DNA of 64,000 nucleotides from Candidatus Latescibacterota bacterium (GCA_965248755.1 OZ252149.1:1792001-1856000); one strand, 5' to 3'. Positions 29,051-39,072 are shown, counted from the stretch's first letter. Notes: generated by a model not told the origin, from the letters alone. Numbers and translations are program-made.

Positions 29051-29232
29051 CTATTGTGTACTCACCACCGGTTTCAGCTTTTCTATCGTCTTGGGGCCGA
29101 AGCCCTCCACCTTATCCAGATCCTCTACGGATTTGAAGGTCCCGTTTCTCTCTCTGAACTTTATTATCCTCTCGGCAACTTTCGGTCCGATGTTCGGCAA
29201 CCTCTGGAGTTCCTCAAAGTTGGCACTATTCT
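29051..29232 (-). pseudogene. comEA: ComEA-type helix-hairpin-helix DNA-binding domain, 5'-truncated
   Basis: NSANFEELQRLPNIGPKVAERIIKFRERNGTFKSVEDLDKVEGFGPKTIEKL; N-terminus missing next to IS3. Confidence 0.75.
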
Positions 29233-29302
29233 GCGACAAGACCATCAATCCTAAAACGCTATTAAACAACTATTGTACTGCTTCCCAGGAAAGCGACACC
29301 AA

Positions 29303-30166
29303 TTAAGCAACCTGGGGTAGTAGATAAAATTGTTTTCTCCACTCTTTTGGGGTCTTATATCCCAGGGATGAATGAAGCCTGTTCTTGTTGTAATTATCGA
29401 TCCACTGAGATATGATCTTCTCAGCCTGTTCAAAGGATTCAAACTTGTGAAGCCAAACACACTCTTGCTTGAGGGTCCTGAAAAAACGCTCTACAACACC
29501 GTTCCAATCGGGTTTACCACTTGGTATGTATTCCTGACGAATTCCCCAATATTCGGTACTGGCCAAATAGGCCCGAGCCAAAAAGATGGAACCATTGTCA
29601 GAGCGCAAAGTGAGACCCTGGGGGACAGCCTCCTTGGAAGTGTATCGAGAGATCACGGCCCGATCCAGGGCATCTGTGGCCTCCAGTGCCCTCCCTTTTC
29701 GACTAAAACGATACCCAGGAACCTCCCGGCTTCCGTTGTCCACCACCGCAATAAGAGGACACCAACCATCTTTTCCACAGTAAATCTTTGTCAAGTCACT
29801 CGACCACAAACTGTCGGGACTATCCACCACAGAACGCTTCTGGGCAACCTGTGGCCCCTTTCTCCCGGGACGATTCCACAGCTTACACTGCCACCCCTTA
29901 AGCTTCATTATCCTATGAACCTTCTTAACGTTGACACATTCCCCTTCCTTGAAACGAAGATGCGCCCAAACCCGCCTGTGACCAAATGCCTCTTCTTGGT
30001 CCAGTATCCCTCGAATACGAAAAGCAAGCTCCTCATCTATCACAGGCTCTTTAACAGAAGAACTGACACCTCTATCCCTAAACCTATACAGAGTCGAACG
30101 ATGCAAACCCAAAGCCAAAGCTACCACCTTGCGGGAATAGCCTCGACCCAAAAACCGCCCACTCAA
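29303..30166 (-). CDS. IS3 OrfB integrase-like DDE transposase
   Basis: FGHRRV, WSSDLT, LRSDNGS, NGVVERFFRTLKQE, YNKNRLHSSLGYKTP. Confidence 0.93.
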   Translation of the reverse strand: MSGRFLGRGYSRKVVALALGLHRSTLYRFRDRGVSSSVKEPVIDEELAFRIRGILDQEEAFGHRRVWAHLRFKEGECVNVKKVHRIMKLKGWQCKLWNRPGRKGPQVAQKRSVVDSPDSLWSSDLTKIYCGKDGWCPLIAVVDNGSREVPGYRFSRKGRALEATDALDRAVISRYTSKEAVPQGLTLRSDNGSIFLARAYLASTEYWGIRQEYIPSGKPDWNGVVERFFRTLKQECVWLHKFESFEQAEKIISQWIDNYNKNRLHSSLGYKTPKEWRKQFYLLPQVA

Positions 30167-30492
30167 GGCAACCGCTTCGTTTTTTTTAGACGGGCTACCT
30201 CTTCGAGTATCTCCAACTGGAGCGTCAACTGCCCTACCTTGCGCTCCAACCGGCTAACCTCTCGCTCCTTCGGATCCTTGCGACCACGCCGAGACTTCAG
30301 ACTCTCCTGGCCCCCTTCTAAGAAACTATCACGCCAAGCATACGCCTGCGACTGGCTAATTCCATTCTTACGACACACCTCAGATAGATCTGCTCCTCTC
30401 AAAAGAGCCAACACAATCTCTCCCTTACGGGTCGCCGTCCAGCGCTTACCATCTTTCACTTCGGGGCTCGACACCTTGACCTCCCTTCTCAA
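30163..30492 (-). CDS. IS3 OrfA (HTH)
   Basis: RWTATRKGEIVL..SEVCRKNGISQSQAYAWR..LERKVGQLT; A8 slippery run just before the orfB overlap. Confidence 0.88.
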   Translation of the reverse strand: MRREVKVSSPEVKDGKRWTATRKGEIVLALLRGADLSEVCRKNGISQSQAYAWRDSFLEGGQESLKSRRGRKDPKEREVSRLERKVGQLTLQLEILEEVARLKKTKRLP

Positions 30493-30659
30493 ACCCCAAT
30501 TTGCGAAATATTTGTCGCTCTGTCAAGGGGAGCGGTATGCTATATACATAATACGACCCTGATCTACTTGACTTCCCCTCTTTTATGCATTCTTGTAGAG
30601 TTACATGGCACAATAGAGCCTTTGCCAGGAAATGCACACTATTTGGTCACCAGCAGTAA

Positions 30660-32042
30660 CTATGTTACAAAGTCTGTATAGGCAAGACTTCTCCATTCAG
30701 GTATCTCTATTGCAGGATCAACAATAAACTTTTCAATAGTTAGTGTTCTCTTCCTTTCTCCGATTTCATCTCTGATATTCCTTGCATAGTCGTGGGCGTC
30801 ATCAAAGATCATTCTATATTGGGCAAATAGGTGCACCAGTTCCTGGGCAAAGTTTAGGGGCAACCCGATAAAATGACTCATAAAACAGACACCTTTTGCA
30901 GCATCACCAACACCTGCGTGGTGGAGACCTCCCCTGGCTAATGTAAAGTTTTGCTCTGAATATGTTGGTTTTATCTCATAACAATAACTGAAATCTGTTG
31001 CTATGATTCCCTGGTCTCCTCTGGTCACATATAATGTTAGATCTCCTCTTTTGATTAATCCCAGGCTGCCGATTCCACCCCAGAGCTCTTTTCCTGTCAG
31101 TTCCTTAATCTCTGAATCGTCTACTGCAATAATATGACAGGCCGGTACTATACTATTCTTAATAAAGTCAGCATTCTTCTTGATTGCAGGCTCTGTAAAT
31201 GCTCCTGCTCTTATGAAATCGGGATGACTGAACAGATTATGCCCTTCTCTGAGAAGAGAATCGTCGTATATGGTATCTAATGCAACTATCGACAAATCTG
31301 GGGGGAAATTTGCTGGCGAAAGGACTTCTTGCAATTGCCTGTTGGTTGGCCTATATCCATCAGGTTCTGGGCTGAGAACCACCCTGCCTACTCCACCCTC
31401 AATTTCGACAATAGAATTAATGGTAACACAATGGCCGTGGGGTTTTATCATTAAACTTCTATTTAGGCCTTCTGTTACTACACCGAATCGAGAATAATAA
31501 TCTTCTAATCCGTTTATTTCAGAGTCTATGCCGACATAAAACACCTGTATTTCTCTGAGTGAACTAAGCGCTCTTTCCTTATCTTTTTCTTCATTTTCAT
31601 CAGCGGGTGCGTACCTATCTAAAGAATATATAATTAAGTCAAGAAATGCCCTCTGGGCAATCGCTGCACTTCCTCCACAACCTCCATACCCACACTTTAT
31701 TACGTCAAGATGGACTGCTTTTAGGTTTGCGCCTGTAGGAGGTTGTTTTCCATAGTACTTTAAGGGAAGTCTGTTCTGAGTGGCGAACCAGTCTGGATCG
31801 TTCCCTACATCCTCCGGGGCTTCAACCACGCCATAGTATTCTTCTCCCTTCTGATGGAATACAAAGATTGCGCCTGAAGGGAGACCTTCTCCCGAGCGAT
31901 ATTGGGGATCACTGAACCTACAGATATTGTCGTGGAAATGTGTTCCAATATTGGCTATTGAACCAGAAGGAGTCATTAACCTTGGTGATTCAATAACTGC
32001 TTTCAGAATATCTTTAATTCTCTCCCCTAATGTAATTGCCAT
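30660..32042 (-). CDS. Divergent ribokinase/PfkB-like protein with an unknown N-terminal region
   Basis: GGCGGSAA, VTRGDQGI and AGVGDA resemble PfkB motifs; AT-rich. Confidence 0.45.
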   Translation of the reverse strand: MAITLGERIKDILKAVIESPRLMTPSGSIANIGTHFHDNICRFSDPQYRSGEGLPSGAIFVFHQKGEEYYGVVEAPEDVGNDPDWFATQNRLPLKYYGKQPPTGANLKAVHLDVIKCGYGGCGGSAAIAQRAFLDLIIYSLDRYAPADENEEKDKERALSSLREIQVFYVGIDSEINGLEDYYSRFGVVTEGLNRSLMIKPHGHCVTINSIVEIEGGVGRVVLSPEPDGYRPTNRQLQEVLSPANFPPDLSIVALDTIYDDSLLREGHNLFSHPDFIRAGAFTEPAIKKNADFIKNSIVPACHIIAVDDSEIKELTGKELWGGIGSLGLIKRGDLTLYVTRGDQGIIATDFSYCYEIKPTYSEQNFTLARGGLHHAGVGDAAKGVCFMSHFIGLPLNFAQELVHLFAQYRMIFDDAHDYARNIRDEIGERKRTLTIEKFIVDPAIEIPEWRSLAYTDFVT

Positions 32043-32088
32043 TTTTTTGATTAGCTCAAGGACGGCACAGATCGAACTTGTGGTAGAT

Positions 32089-33003
32089 TCACCGTATGAG
32101 CTCCAGTAGAAGAAAAGATGTTGCAACGAGACTCATAGCCTTTGTGAGGTTCAAAAATCCCGCCGGAGTAACTGAAAATAGGAAGATCGGAACAATTCCA
32201 CTGGAGGTCAACAGTCCTATTAGAAGACCCAGTATTGCCAAGGCCATGAAAAACTGCGCGACACGAACTAAGATAAACTCTCCTCCCACGTTTAGTAGAC
32301 TGGCGCGATGTTTACTACGAGCCCGACCTTTACCTGAAGCAAATTCCAGTAGAAGAAAAGATATTGCAACGAGACTCATAACCTTTGTGAAGTTCAAAAA
32401 TCCCGCCGGAGTAATAGAAAATAGGAAGACCGGAACGATTCCACTCGAAGTCAAAAGTCCTATTAGAAGACCCAGTAATGCCAAGGCCATAAAAAACTGC
32501 GCAGCGCGTATTAAGATAGACTTTTCTCCCTCTTTCGACAGATTAGCGCGATGTCTTTTATGTACACTACTTTCACCTGTCAGAAATTCCAGTAGAAGAA
32601 AAGACATTGCTACCACGCCCAAAGTCTTTGTTAAGTTCAAAAATCCCGCCGGAGTGACAGAAAATAGGAAGACCGGAACGGTTCCACTGGAGGTCAGAAG
32701 TCCTATCAGAAGACTCAGTACTGCCAAGGCCATAAAAAACTGCGCGACACGAATTAGGATAAACTCTCCCCCTTCTTTTAAGAGATCGGCTCGAAGTCTT
32801 TTATGTGCGCGACTCTTACCTGTCAGAAACTCCAGTAGAAGAAAAGATATTGCAAGCGGACTTATCGCCTTTGTGAAGTTCAACAATCCCGCCGGAGTGA
32901 CAGAAAATAGGAAGACCGGAACGATTCCACTGGAAGTCAAAAGTCCTATTAGAAGACCCAGTATTGCCAAGGCCATGAAAAACTGCGCAATATGTGTTAA
33001 CAT
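32089..33003 (-). CDS. Membrane protein made of four 81-aa (243-nt) tandem repeats
   Basis: AQFFMAL..LIGLLTSSG.VP.FLFS.TPAG.LN.TK..SFLLLE occurs four times. Confidence 0.85.
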   Translation of the reverse strand: MLTHIAQFFMALAILGLLIGLLTSSGIVPVFLFSVTPAGLLNFTKAISPLAISFLLLEFLTGKSRAHKRLRADLLKEGGEFILIRVAQFFMALAVLSLLIGLLTSSGTVPVFLFSVTPAGFLNLTKTLGVVAMSFLLLEFLTGESSVHKRHRANLSKEGEKSILIRAAQFFMALALLGLLIGLLTSSGIVPVFLFSITPAGFLNFTKVMSLVAISFLLLEFASGKGRARSKHRASLLNVGGEFILVRVAQFFMALAILGLLIGLLTSSGIVPIFLFSVTPAGFLNLTKAMSLVATSFLLLELIR

Positions 33004-33434
33004 CTTTTGGGTCCCTCTACTCAGAGAGTTGAAATCCAGTATGTGGTTTTGGTTTCAGGACTTATATAAAGACGTATATGTGTCAGAACCCGATTTAGAG
33101 AAATCTATGTGCGGTTTATATCCAAGACGAAAGATGCAAGACCGAACAATCAGGAGGAAAGATACAAAGGTAAGGGACTCATCAATTTGGTGGGAAGATA
33201 CAAAATAAGACGGTGGATGTCAACAAAAAGTTCTCAGTCCAGAACCAGTGTAAACTCCTTCGGCTGGCTGTCCTATCCAAACAGGTGTCTATTAAACCCA
33301 ATGCAAATTACTTGAACACTTAAGGAAGTATGAGTAAAGCAGGAATGGCCCATGCCCTCCCTCCGTCATCACGCTGGGCACTAAAGTATATGTCTCCGCA
33401 ACGATCCTGATCTAATAGTAACTTCACTTAAAGT

Positions 33435-33462
33435 AAAAAAAAGACCCTCGTAAAGAGGGTCT
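33435..33462 (-). terminator. Intrinsic terminator of the kor-grx transcript
   Basis: AGACCCTC-N5-GAGGGTCT hairpin next to an A8 run on the + strand. Confidence 0.75.
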
Positions 33463-33477
33463 CCGTTCAAGGCAAAT

Positions 33478-33498
33478 CCCCGATTGAATCTATCGGGG
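33478..33498. repeat. CCCCGAT-N7-ATCGGGG short palindrome family (6 copies in the window)
   Basis: Copies at 33478, 39912, 45114, 46958, 60269 and 62816, all intergenic. Confidence 0.8.
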
Positions 33499-33524
33499 AT
33501 CGGAGGTCGGTAATCGAATTTAGA

Positions 33525-33863
33525 CTACTTTTCGATCTCTCCGATCGATATCGGCTGAGAGTGATCATCACATGCGCGATCGGTAGGCACATCAGTTGCC
33601 GCACTTGACGGTTTGACATAGCCTTTTTCCAAAAGATACTGCTCCACTTCATCTCCATTTACGTCCGCCAGTATATTCTCATCTATCTCCACGCATGGTT
33701 GAAGATTCTGCCCGGTCTTTCGGACCATTTCCTCGTAGTTGCGCAAATTGTTTACAACATCTCTGTCTTCGAACTCCAGTCCATACTTTTGGAACACAGC
33801 GCGTACACCTCTACTCCATCCACAATCGGGCTTTAAGTATGCTACAATATTCGGACTGCTCAT
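33525..33863 (-). CDS. Monothiol glutaredoxin-like protein
   Basis: YLKPDCGWS, KTGQ..QPCVEI, LADVNG. Confidence 0.8.
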   Translation of the reverse strand: MSSPNIVAYLKPDCGWSRGVRAVFQKYGLEFEDRDVVNNLRNYEEMVRKTGQNLQPCVEIDENILADVNGDEVEQYLLEKGYVKPSSAATDVPTDRACDDHSQPISIGEIEK

Positions 33864-33946
33864 CACCATCTCCTTATCTATATAATGGGTGGATAACTGC
33901 CGATTTAAAAAGCACCCTCAGTCATTCTACAGCCGAGGGAGTGAAC

Positions 33947-34831
33947 CTACATGAATTCACTTTTCAGCTTTTGCACCTGTTCTTTATCTAACCCCAACTT
34001 CTGTTTGACTAAAGGACCCTCTTCTAAAGCAGGCTCTGCGTCTTCGTAAGTGGGCAGGTCTGTCTTGTAAAAGACTCCAAGGGGGATCTGATGACCCCAT
34101 TCTCGGCATTTTACAAGTGCCCGGTCAAAGTCATCCGGATCGTCATCGGACTCATCCTCAAGCTTGTAGACGCGCTCTTTGAACCAAGGATAGGTGTTGA
34201 CCTTATTGTATGTGACGCAGGGACTGAAGACATCGATAAGAGAAAAACCCTTATGCTGGATTGCCTGCTGCATTATCTGGGCTAATTGCTTTGCCTCCCC
34301 TGAGAATCCTCTGGACACAAAGGTCGCTCCTGAGATAAGGGCTAAGGCCAGCGGGTTTACAGGAACTTCTGAATTCCCATCCGGCGTGGATTTAGTTACG
34401 AAATCCTTATCACTGGTAGGGGACGCCTGACCTGTGGTAAGGCCATATATCTGGTTATTCATAACTACATAGGTAATATCCAGATTTCTCCTCATAGCGT
34501 GGATGAAGTGTCCCATGCCGATGCCGTAGCCGTCACCATCGCCGCCGGTTACGATCACTGTCAAATCTTGGTTTGCCAATTTGGCGCCTGTCGCCACCGG
34601 GACGGATCTTCCGTGGAGGCTATGAAATCCATAACAGTTAATAAATCCCGGGAGGTTCGACGAACATCCGATGCCGGAGACAGTAAGAACATCCTTAGGC
34701 TGGATCCCTAGTTTTCCTATCGCATTTTGAAGCGCTCTTAAGACTCCGAAATCCCCACAACCGGCACACCAATCTGGATCTACCTCCCCTTTATAAGTAC
34801 TCCAAGGAAGTTCTTCAACTACCTGAGCCAT
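33947..34831 (-). CDS. korB: 2-oxoacid:ferredoxin oxidoreductase beta subunit
   Basis: WCAGCGD, SGIGCS, HGR, GGDGD, NNQIYGLTTGQ, SPCVTYN. Confidence 0.95.
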   Translation of the reverse strand: MAQVVEELPWSTYKGEVDPDWCAGCGDFGVLRALQNAIGKLGIQPKDVLTVSGIGCSSNLPGFINCYGFHSLHGRSVPVATGAKLANQDLTVIVTGGDGDGYGIGMGHFIHAMRRNLDITYVVMNNQIYGLTTGQASPTSDKDFVTKSTPDGNSEVPVNPLALALISGATFVSRGFSGEAKQLAQIMQQAIQHKGFSLIDVFSPCVTYNKVNTYPWFKERVYKLEDESDDDPDDFDRALVKCREWGHQIPLGVFYKTDLPTYEDAEPALEEGPLVKQKLGLDKEQVQKLKSEFM

Positions 34832-36569
34832 TAAGTGCCTCCTTCACTTGTTCAACAATATGAACCGGTTCAAATGGTTCACCGTCATATTTTAGTATCT
34901 TTCCGTCCGCAGCAATTCCGGTCTCCGCCCGAATATGGCGGGCAAGTTGACCGTTATAGTTATTCTCAACCACAATGACCTTCTCGGAGGCGTTCAGGAT
35001 ATTGCCTACTTCCTCTGCGTGGAAGGGAACAAGGTATTTGATCTGGAGGTTATTAGCGTTGATTCCATCTTCCTCCAGTCGTTCTAATGCCTCTCTGATT
35101 ACTCCTGCTGTGGAGCCCCATCCTACCAAAGTCACGTCTGCGTTGGGGTGGCCGTAAAGCTTCGGCGGTTCCAGTTCTTCAAAGATTCCGTTCATCTTAC
35201 GCATTCTTTTTTCCATCATCTGCTTTCGGATGACCGGATCTGTGAAAACGTCGCTTATTAAGATTCCTCTTTCATCGTGCTCGTCGCTGGCCGCTACAAA
35301 GATGGTCCCTTCCCCTCCGGGCAGTGCTCTTGGTGACACGCCCGACTCGGTATACAGGTAACGCTTATATTCCCCGTTTTCCACATCTGAAACTACCTCG
35401 CCTCGATCGATGGGAACGTCAAAATCGAACGCCTCAGGCTCCGCCGTTTCGTAGTGCTCCGAAAGGTAAAGATCGGACACAACAATAACCGGACACTGGT
35501 ATCTCTCCGCTATGTTGAACGCCTCAGCTATGGTGTGGAAACAATCTACAATATCTGTTGGAGCTACGATCATATGCGGGTATTCTCCCTGGGAAGCTCC
35601 TAAGACTTGGTTTAAGTCTCCCTGTTCGGTCTTGGTGGGAAGTCCAGTCGAGGGACCTCCACGCTGTACTTCTATTATCACTATCGGCGTCTCCGTCATC
35701 CCGGCAAGGCCCACACCCTCCGTCATCAGGCAAAAACCGCCGCCGGACGTTCCGACCATAGCTCTGACACCCGCGTGTCCTGCTCCGACTGCCATGTTAA
35801 TGACAGCTATCTCATCTTCCGCCTGCTTGACCACTACACCGTATTCCTTAGCGTGGTTTGCCATAAAGTCCAGAATGGAAGACGCAGGGGTCATCGGATA
35901 AGCCGCGTAGAATTTACACCCTGCGGCTAACGCCCCCAGACTGAAGGATTCATTCCCCGTCAAAAACATTCGTTTCTTTCTACTGTAGTTCCACTCGTAA
36001 TCCATAGAGGGGCCCTGTCGTTTGGCCCAGTCATAGCCTGCCTGAGCAAGCGCTATGTTGGTGTCAATGACCTCCTGTCCCTTGTGAGCGAAGGTCTCTT
36101 TGATTACCTCGGCAAGTCCTTCAAGTTCCAACTGGGCCAGCCATAACGCGGCTCCTAAAGCTATCGTGTTCTGCATTATGACGGGTTGTCTGCCGAAGGG
36201 GGCCATTATCTCTGAAACTGGCAGGGCATAGACGCGCACACCAGGTTTTAAGCCCTCTGGATCAACCTGGATCTTGTCTCCGTTGAATATAATGGCTCCT
36301 CCAGGGTCCACTTCAACAGCGTGTCGGTCCGCGCAGTCCTGATTGAGCGCAATCGCAATATCCAGGCGGTCACCATGGTTCTTAATCTTCTCTTCGGAGA
36401 TCCGGCAGCGAAGCCAGATATGTCCGCCCATGATCACAGACTGATAACTTGTATAAGTAAAGATGTGAAGTCCGAGTCGAGAGCACATTGTGGCCAGATT
36501 TACGGCCGTCTTGCCCTGACCGTCCTGGGCTGCTCCGCCGACGCCGACCGTTATCTCTTGATGGTTCAT
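34815..36569 (-). CDS. korA: 2-oxoacid:ferredoxin oxidoreductase alpha subunit (gamma-alpha fusion)
   Basis: AYPMTPAS, QAEDEIA, TSGGGF, QRGGPSTGLPTKTEQGD, VENNYNGQ. Confidence 0.95.
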   Translation of the reverse strand: MNHQEITVGVGGAAQDGQGKTAVNLATMCSRLGLHIFTYTSYQSVIMGGHIWLRCRISEEKIKNHGDRLDIAIALNQDCADRHAVEVDPGGAIIFNGDKIQVDPEGLKPGVRVYALPVSEIMAPFGRQPVIMQNTIALGAALWLAQLELEGLAEVIKETFAHKGQEVIDTNIALAQAGYDWAKRQGPSMDYEWNYSRKKRMFLTGNESFSLGALAAGCKFYAAYPMTPASSILDFMANHAKEYGVVVKQAEDEIAVINMAVGAGHAGVRAMVGTSGGGFCLMTEGVGLAGMTETPIVIIEVQRGGPSTGLPTKTEQGDLNQVLGASQGEYPHMIVAPTDIVDCFHTIAEAFNIAERYQCPVIVVSDLYLSEHYETAEPEAFDFDVPIDRGEVVSDVENGEYKRYLYTESGVSPRALPGGEGTIFVAASDEHDERGILISDVFTDPVIRKQMMEKRMRKMNGIFEELEPPKLYGHPNADVTLVGWGSTAGVIREALERLEEDGINANNLQIKYLVPFHAEEVGNILNASEKVIVVENNYNGQLARHIRAETGIAADGKILKYDGEPFEPVHIVEQVKEALNGSGS

Positions 36570-36798
36570 GCAAATAACTCCCTTAAAGCTTTGTTATCCC
36601 CTGAACAAGATTACCATAACACGAAAATATAACAAAAGTATGCTGCTCCTGTCAACAACAAATAAGTAAATGAACCCTCAAATAAGAATTTTTCAAAAGA
36701 TGAGCGAACTGGAGTACCTGATGATCTATACCTATTAGACACTTTAGAGGGCTATTAGTTCAAAAATCACATCAGGCGTTCCCATCAGGGAAGACTAC

Positions 36799-37032
36799 CT
36801 ACTTGAAGAAATCAGCGTTCTTCTGTGTGTAGGAGTCCCATTCGGAAGGCACCTCCGATTCCTCAAAGATCGCCTCTACCGGGCATTCAGGCTCGCAAGC
36901 CCCGCAGTCTATGCACTCGTCAGGATGGATATAGAGTTGATCCTCGCCCTCATATATGCAGTCAACAGGACACACATCAACGCAAGCGGTGTCTTTAACG
37001 CCGATGCAGGGCTCAGCTATTGTGTAGGTCAT
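36799..37032 (-). CDS. fdxA: Dicluster (7Fe-type) ferredoxin
   Basis: [18 protein letters not shown] and [12 protein letters not shown]. Confidence 0.9.
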   Translation of the reverse strand: MTYTIAEPCIGVKDTACVDVCPVDCIYEGEDQLYIHPDECIDCGACEPECPVEAIFEESEVPSEWDSYTQKNADFFK

Positions 37033-37078
37033 CTTCTTCCCTCCTCAACATTTTTAGGTATCCATTTTAGGTTCAAAT

Positions 37079-37402
37079 CTACGCGCTGAAGGATTCGCCA
37101 CAACCGCAGGTTGACTTGGCATTAGGATTTTCTATCTTGAAGCCTGCATCCATCAATCCATCTGTATAATCCAGCTGTGAACCAGCAAGATATAACGAAC
37201 TCTTCATGTCCACAAAGACCTTGACACCTTTGCACTCTATTACCCTGTCGGACTCTTTGGGAGCCTCTTCATACTCAAGGCGATACTGAAATCCTGAGCA
37301 CCCACCTCCTATTACCATCATCCTTAAGCCGTATTCAGCATGTCCTTTTTCTTCCAACATGCTCTTGATCTTCTCGGCTGCTGAATCTGTCACTGTTATC
37401 AT
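37079..37402 (-). CDS. A-type Fe-S carrier (IscA/SufA/ErpA family)
   Basis: GGGCSGFQY, NPNAKSTCGCGESF. Confidence 0.95.
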   Translation of the reverse strand: MITVTDSAAEKIKSMLEEKGHAEYGLRMMVIGGGCSGFQYRLEYEEAPKESDRVIECKGVKVFVDMKSSLYLAGSQLDYTDGLMDAGFKIENPNAKSTCGCGESFSA

Positions 37403-37427
37403 CTTCTTAACCTCTTTTCTGTTGCTC

Positions 37428-37859
37428 TTACCCTTTTTTGTATTCTTTTATGCCCTTTTCAAGAGCGCTCCACGCTAAGGTAGCGCACTTGACACGTATT
37501 GGAAACTTTATGACTCCCTTTAAAGACTCGAGGTCTCCCAAATCTGCATCTTCAAATAGCTTATCACCCCGCATCATCATTCTGAAATCCTCTACAAATT
37601 CTTGGGCTTCCTTAAGGCCCTTCCCCTCTATTTCCTCCATCATCATCGAGGCAGAGGCCAGGCTTATGGCGCATCCTTGACCGGAGAACTTGATTGCCTT
37701 TATCCCATTGCCCTCAATCTTTACGTAAATCTCAATCTGATCGCCGCAGACGGGGTTGTATTCCTCCACTTTAATGTCCGGGTCTTTAAGCTCCCCTTTA
37801 TTGCTTGGACTCTTGTAGTGATCCAAGATGGTCTCTTGATAAAGTTCATGCAGGGACAC
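37428..37859 (-). CDS. sufU: SUF system sulfur-transfer protein
   Basis: ILDHY, NPVCGD, GCAISLASAS, RVKCATLAW; overlaps sufS. Confidence 0.92.
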   Translation of the reverse strand: MSLHELYQETILDHYKSPSNKGELKDPDIKVEEYNPVCGDQIEIYVKIEGNGIKAIKFSGQGCAISLASASMMMEEIEGKGLKEAQEFVEDFRMMMRGDKLFEDADLGDLESLKGVIKFPIRVKCATLAWSALEKGIKEYKKG

Positions 37860-39072
37860 GAGTTAAAAGCTCCTTTGCTGTCTTTAAGCCTTCGACTAAG
37901 ACATCAACATCCCATTGGTTGTTATAGATATAGAGGCTTGCCCGCACCGTCGCGCTTACTCCCAGTCTCCGCATCAGCGGCATAGCACAGTGGTGTCCTG
38001 CCCTTATCGCTATGCCTTCCTGATCCAGGATAGTCGAAAGGTCGTGCGGATGGATGCCCTCCAGATTGAAGGAGACCACACCTCCCCTTTCATCTCTTGG
38101 GCCATATATCTCCGCCCCATCTAAAGAGCCTATCTGCTGGAGAGCATATTCCAGAAGTTGGCGTTCGTGCTCTCTGATCTTTTCCATACACAAGCTCTGC
38201 AGGTAGTCAACAGCTACGCCCAGACCGATCGCCTGGGCTATGTTGGGAGTTCCAGCCTCGAACTTCCAGGGCAGGTCGTTCCAGGTGGAAGAGTCCCATC
38301 TAACTTCACGGATCATCTCTCCACCGCCTAAAAACGGGTCCATCTCCTCTAAAAGCTCCCTCTTCCCGTAGAGCACCCCGACGCCTGTGGGTCCCATCAT
38401 CTTGTGTCCTGAAAAGGCCATAAAATCGCAATCTATCCTCTGGACATCGACGGGCATATGAGGCACACTCTGTGCTCCGTCTACTAACACTAAGGCTCCC
38501 TTTTGATGGGCAATCTCTGTGATCTCCTCCACCGGATTGATCGTTCCCAGGACATTAGATACCTGCGTCACCCCCACTATCTTGGTCAATGGGGTAATCA
38601 AGGTCTCGATGCCTTCTAAATTCAGCGTTCCGTCTGGCTTTATCCCGATGAATTTCAGTTCGGCACCGGTCTGTTTCGCTATCATTTGCCATGGGACCAA
38701 ATTGCTGTGGTGCTCCATCTGGGTGAGCAGAATCTCGTCACCTTCTCTAATGTTTTTTACGCCCCAACTTCGAGCTACGAGGTTTATGGCCTCAGTGGCG
38801 TTCTTCACAAAGATAACACTTTCTCGATCCTTAGCGTTTATAAATCCGGCGACCTTATCCCGCGCTTTTTCGTACTTTTCTGTGGCTATTTCGCTGAGAG
38901 CGTGTATCCCTCTGTGGACGTTGGCGTTCTCCATCTCGTAATAGTTTTTAAGAGCGTCTATTACGCACCGCGGTTTCTGAGAGGTAGCCGCGCTGTCAAG
39001 ATATACCAGCGGTTTCCCGTAGACCTTTCGCTTGAGGATGGGAATATCCTCTCTGACTTTCTCTATATCCAT
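37846..39072 (-). CDS. sufS: Cysteine desulfurase (class II)
   Basis: YLDSAATSQKP, NVHRG, SGHKM, RAGHHCA. Confidence 0.96.
   Translation of the reverse strand: MDIEKVREDIPILKRKVYGKPLVYLDSAATSQKPRCVIDALKNYYEMENANVHRGIHALSEIATEKYEKARDKVAGFINAKDRESVIFVKNATEAINLVARSWGVKNIREGDEILLTQMEHHSNLVPWQMIAKQTGAELKFIGIKPDGTLNLEGIETLITPLTKIVGVTQVSNVLGTINPVEEITEIAHQKGALVLVDGAQSVPHMPVDVQRIDCDFMAFSGHKMMGPTGVGVLYGKRELLEEMDPFLGGGEMIREVRWDSSTWNDLPWKFEAGTPNIAQAIGLGVAVDYLQSLCMEKIREHERQLLEYALQQIGSLDGAEIYGPRDERGGVVSFNLEGIHPHDLSTILDQEGIAIRAGHHCAMPLMRRLGVSATVRASLYIYNNQWDVDVLVEGLKTAKELLTRVPA

Larger units (their letters stand above)
29274..30539 (-). mobile_element. IS3-family insertion sequence
   Basis: orfA/orfB pair; imperfect terminal inverted repeats TGTACTGCTTCCC..AGCGACA (29274-29298) and TGTCGCT..GGGGAGCGGTATG (30513-30539). 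Confidence 0.85.

Noticed and set aside
29372..30562. 396-aa plus-strand ORF
   Set aside because: Antisense to IS3 orfA/orfB, with no recognisable motifs
32089..33003. Possible CRISPR-like array
   Set aside because: The period is 243 nt, the repeats are coding and there are no unique spacers or cas genes
32096..33208. 370-aa plus-strand ORF with repeats
   Set aside because: Antisense shadow of the hydrophobic 4x repeat gene; the minus-strand reading has a homolog with an RBS at 6920
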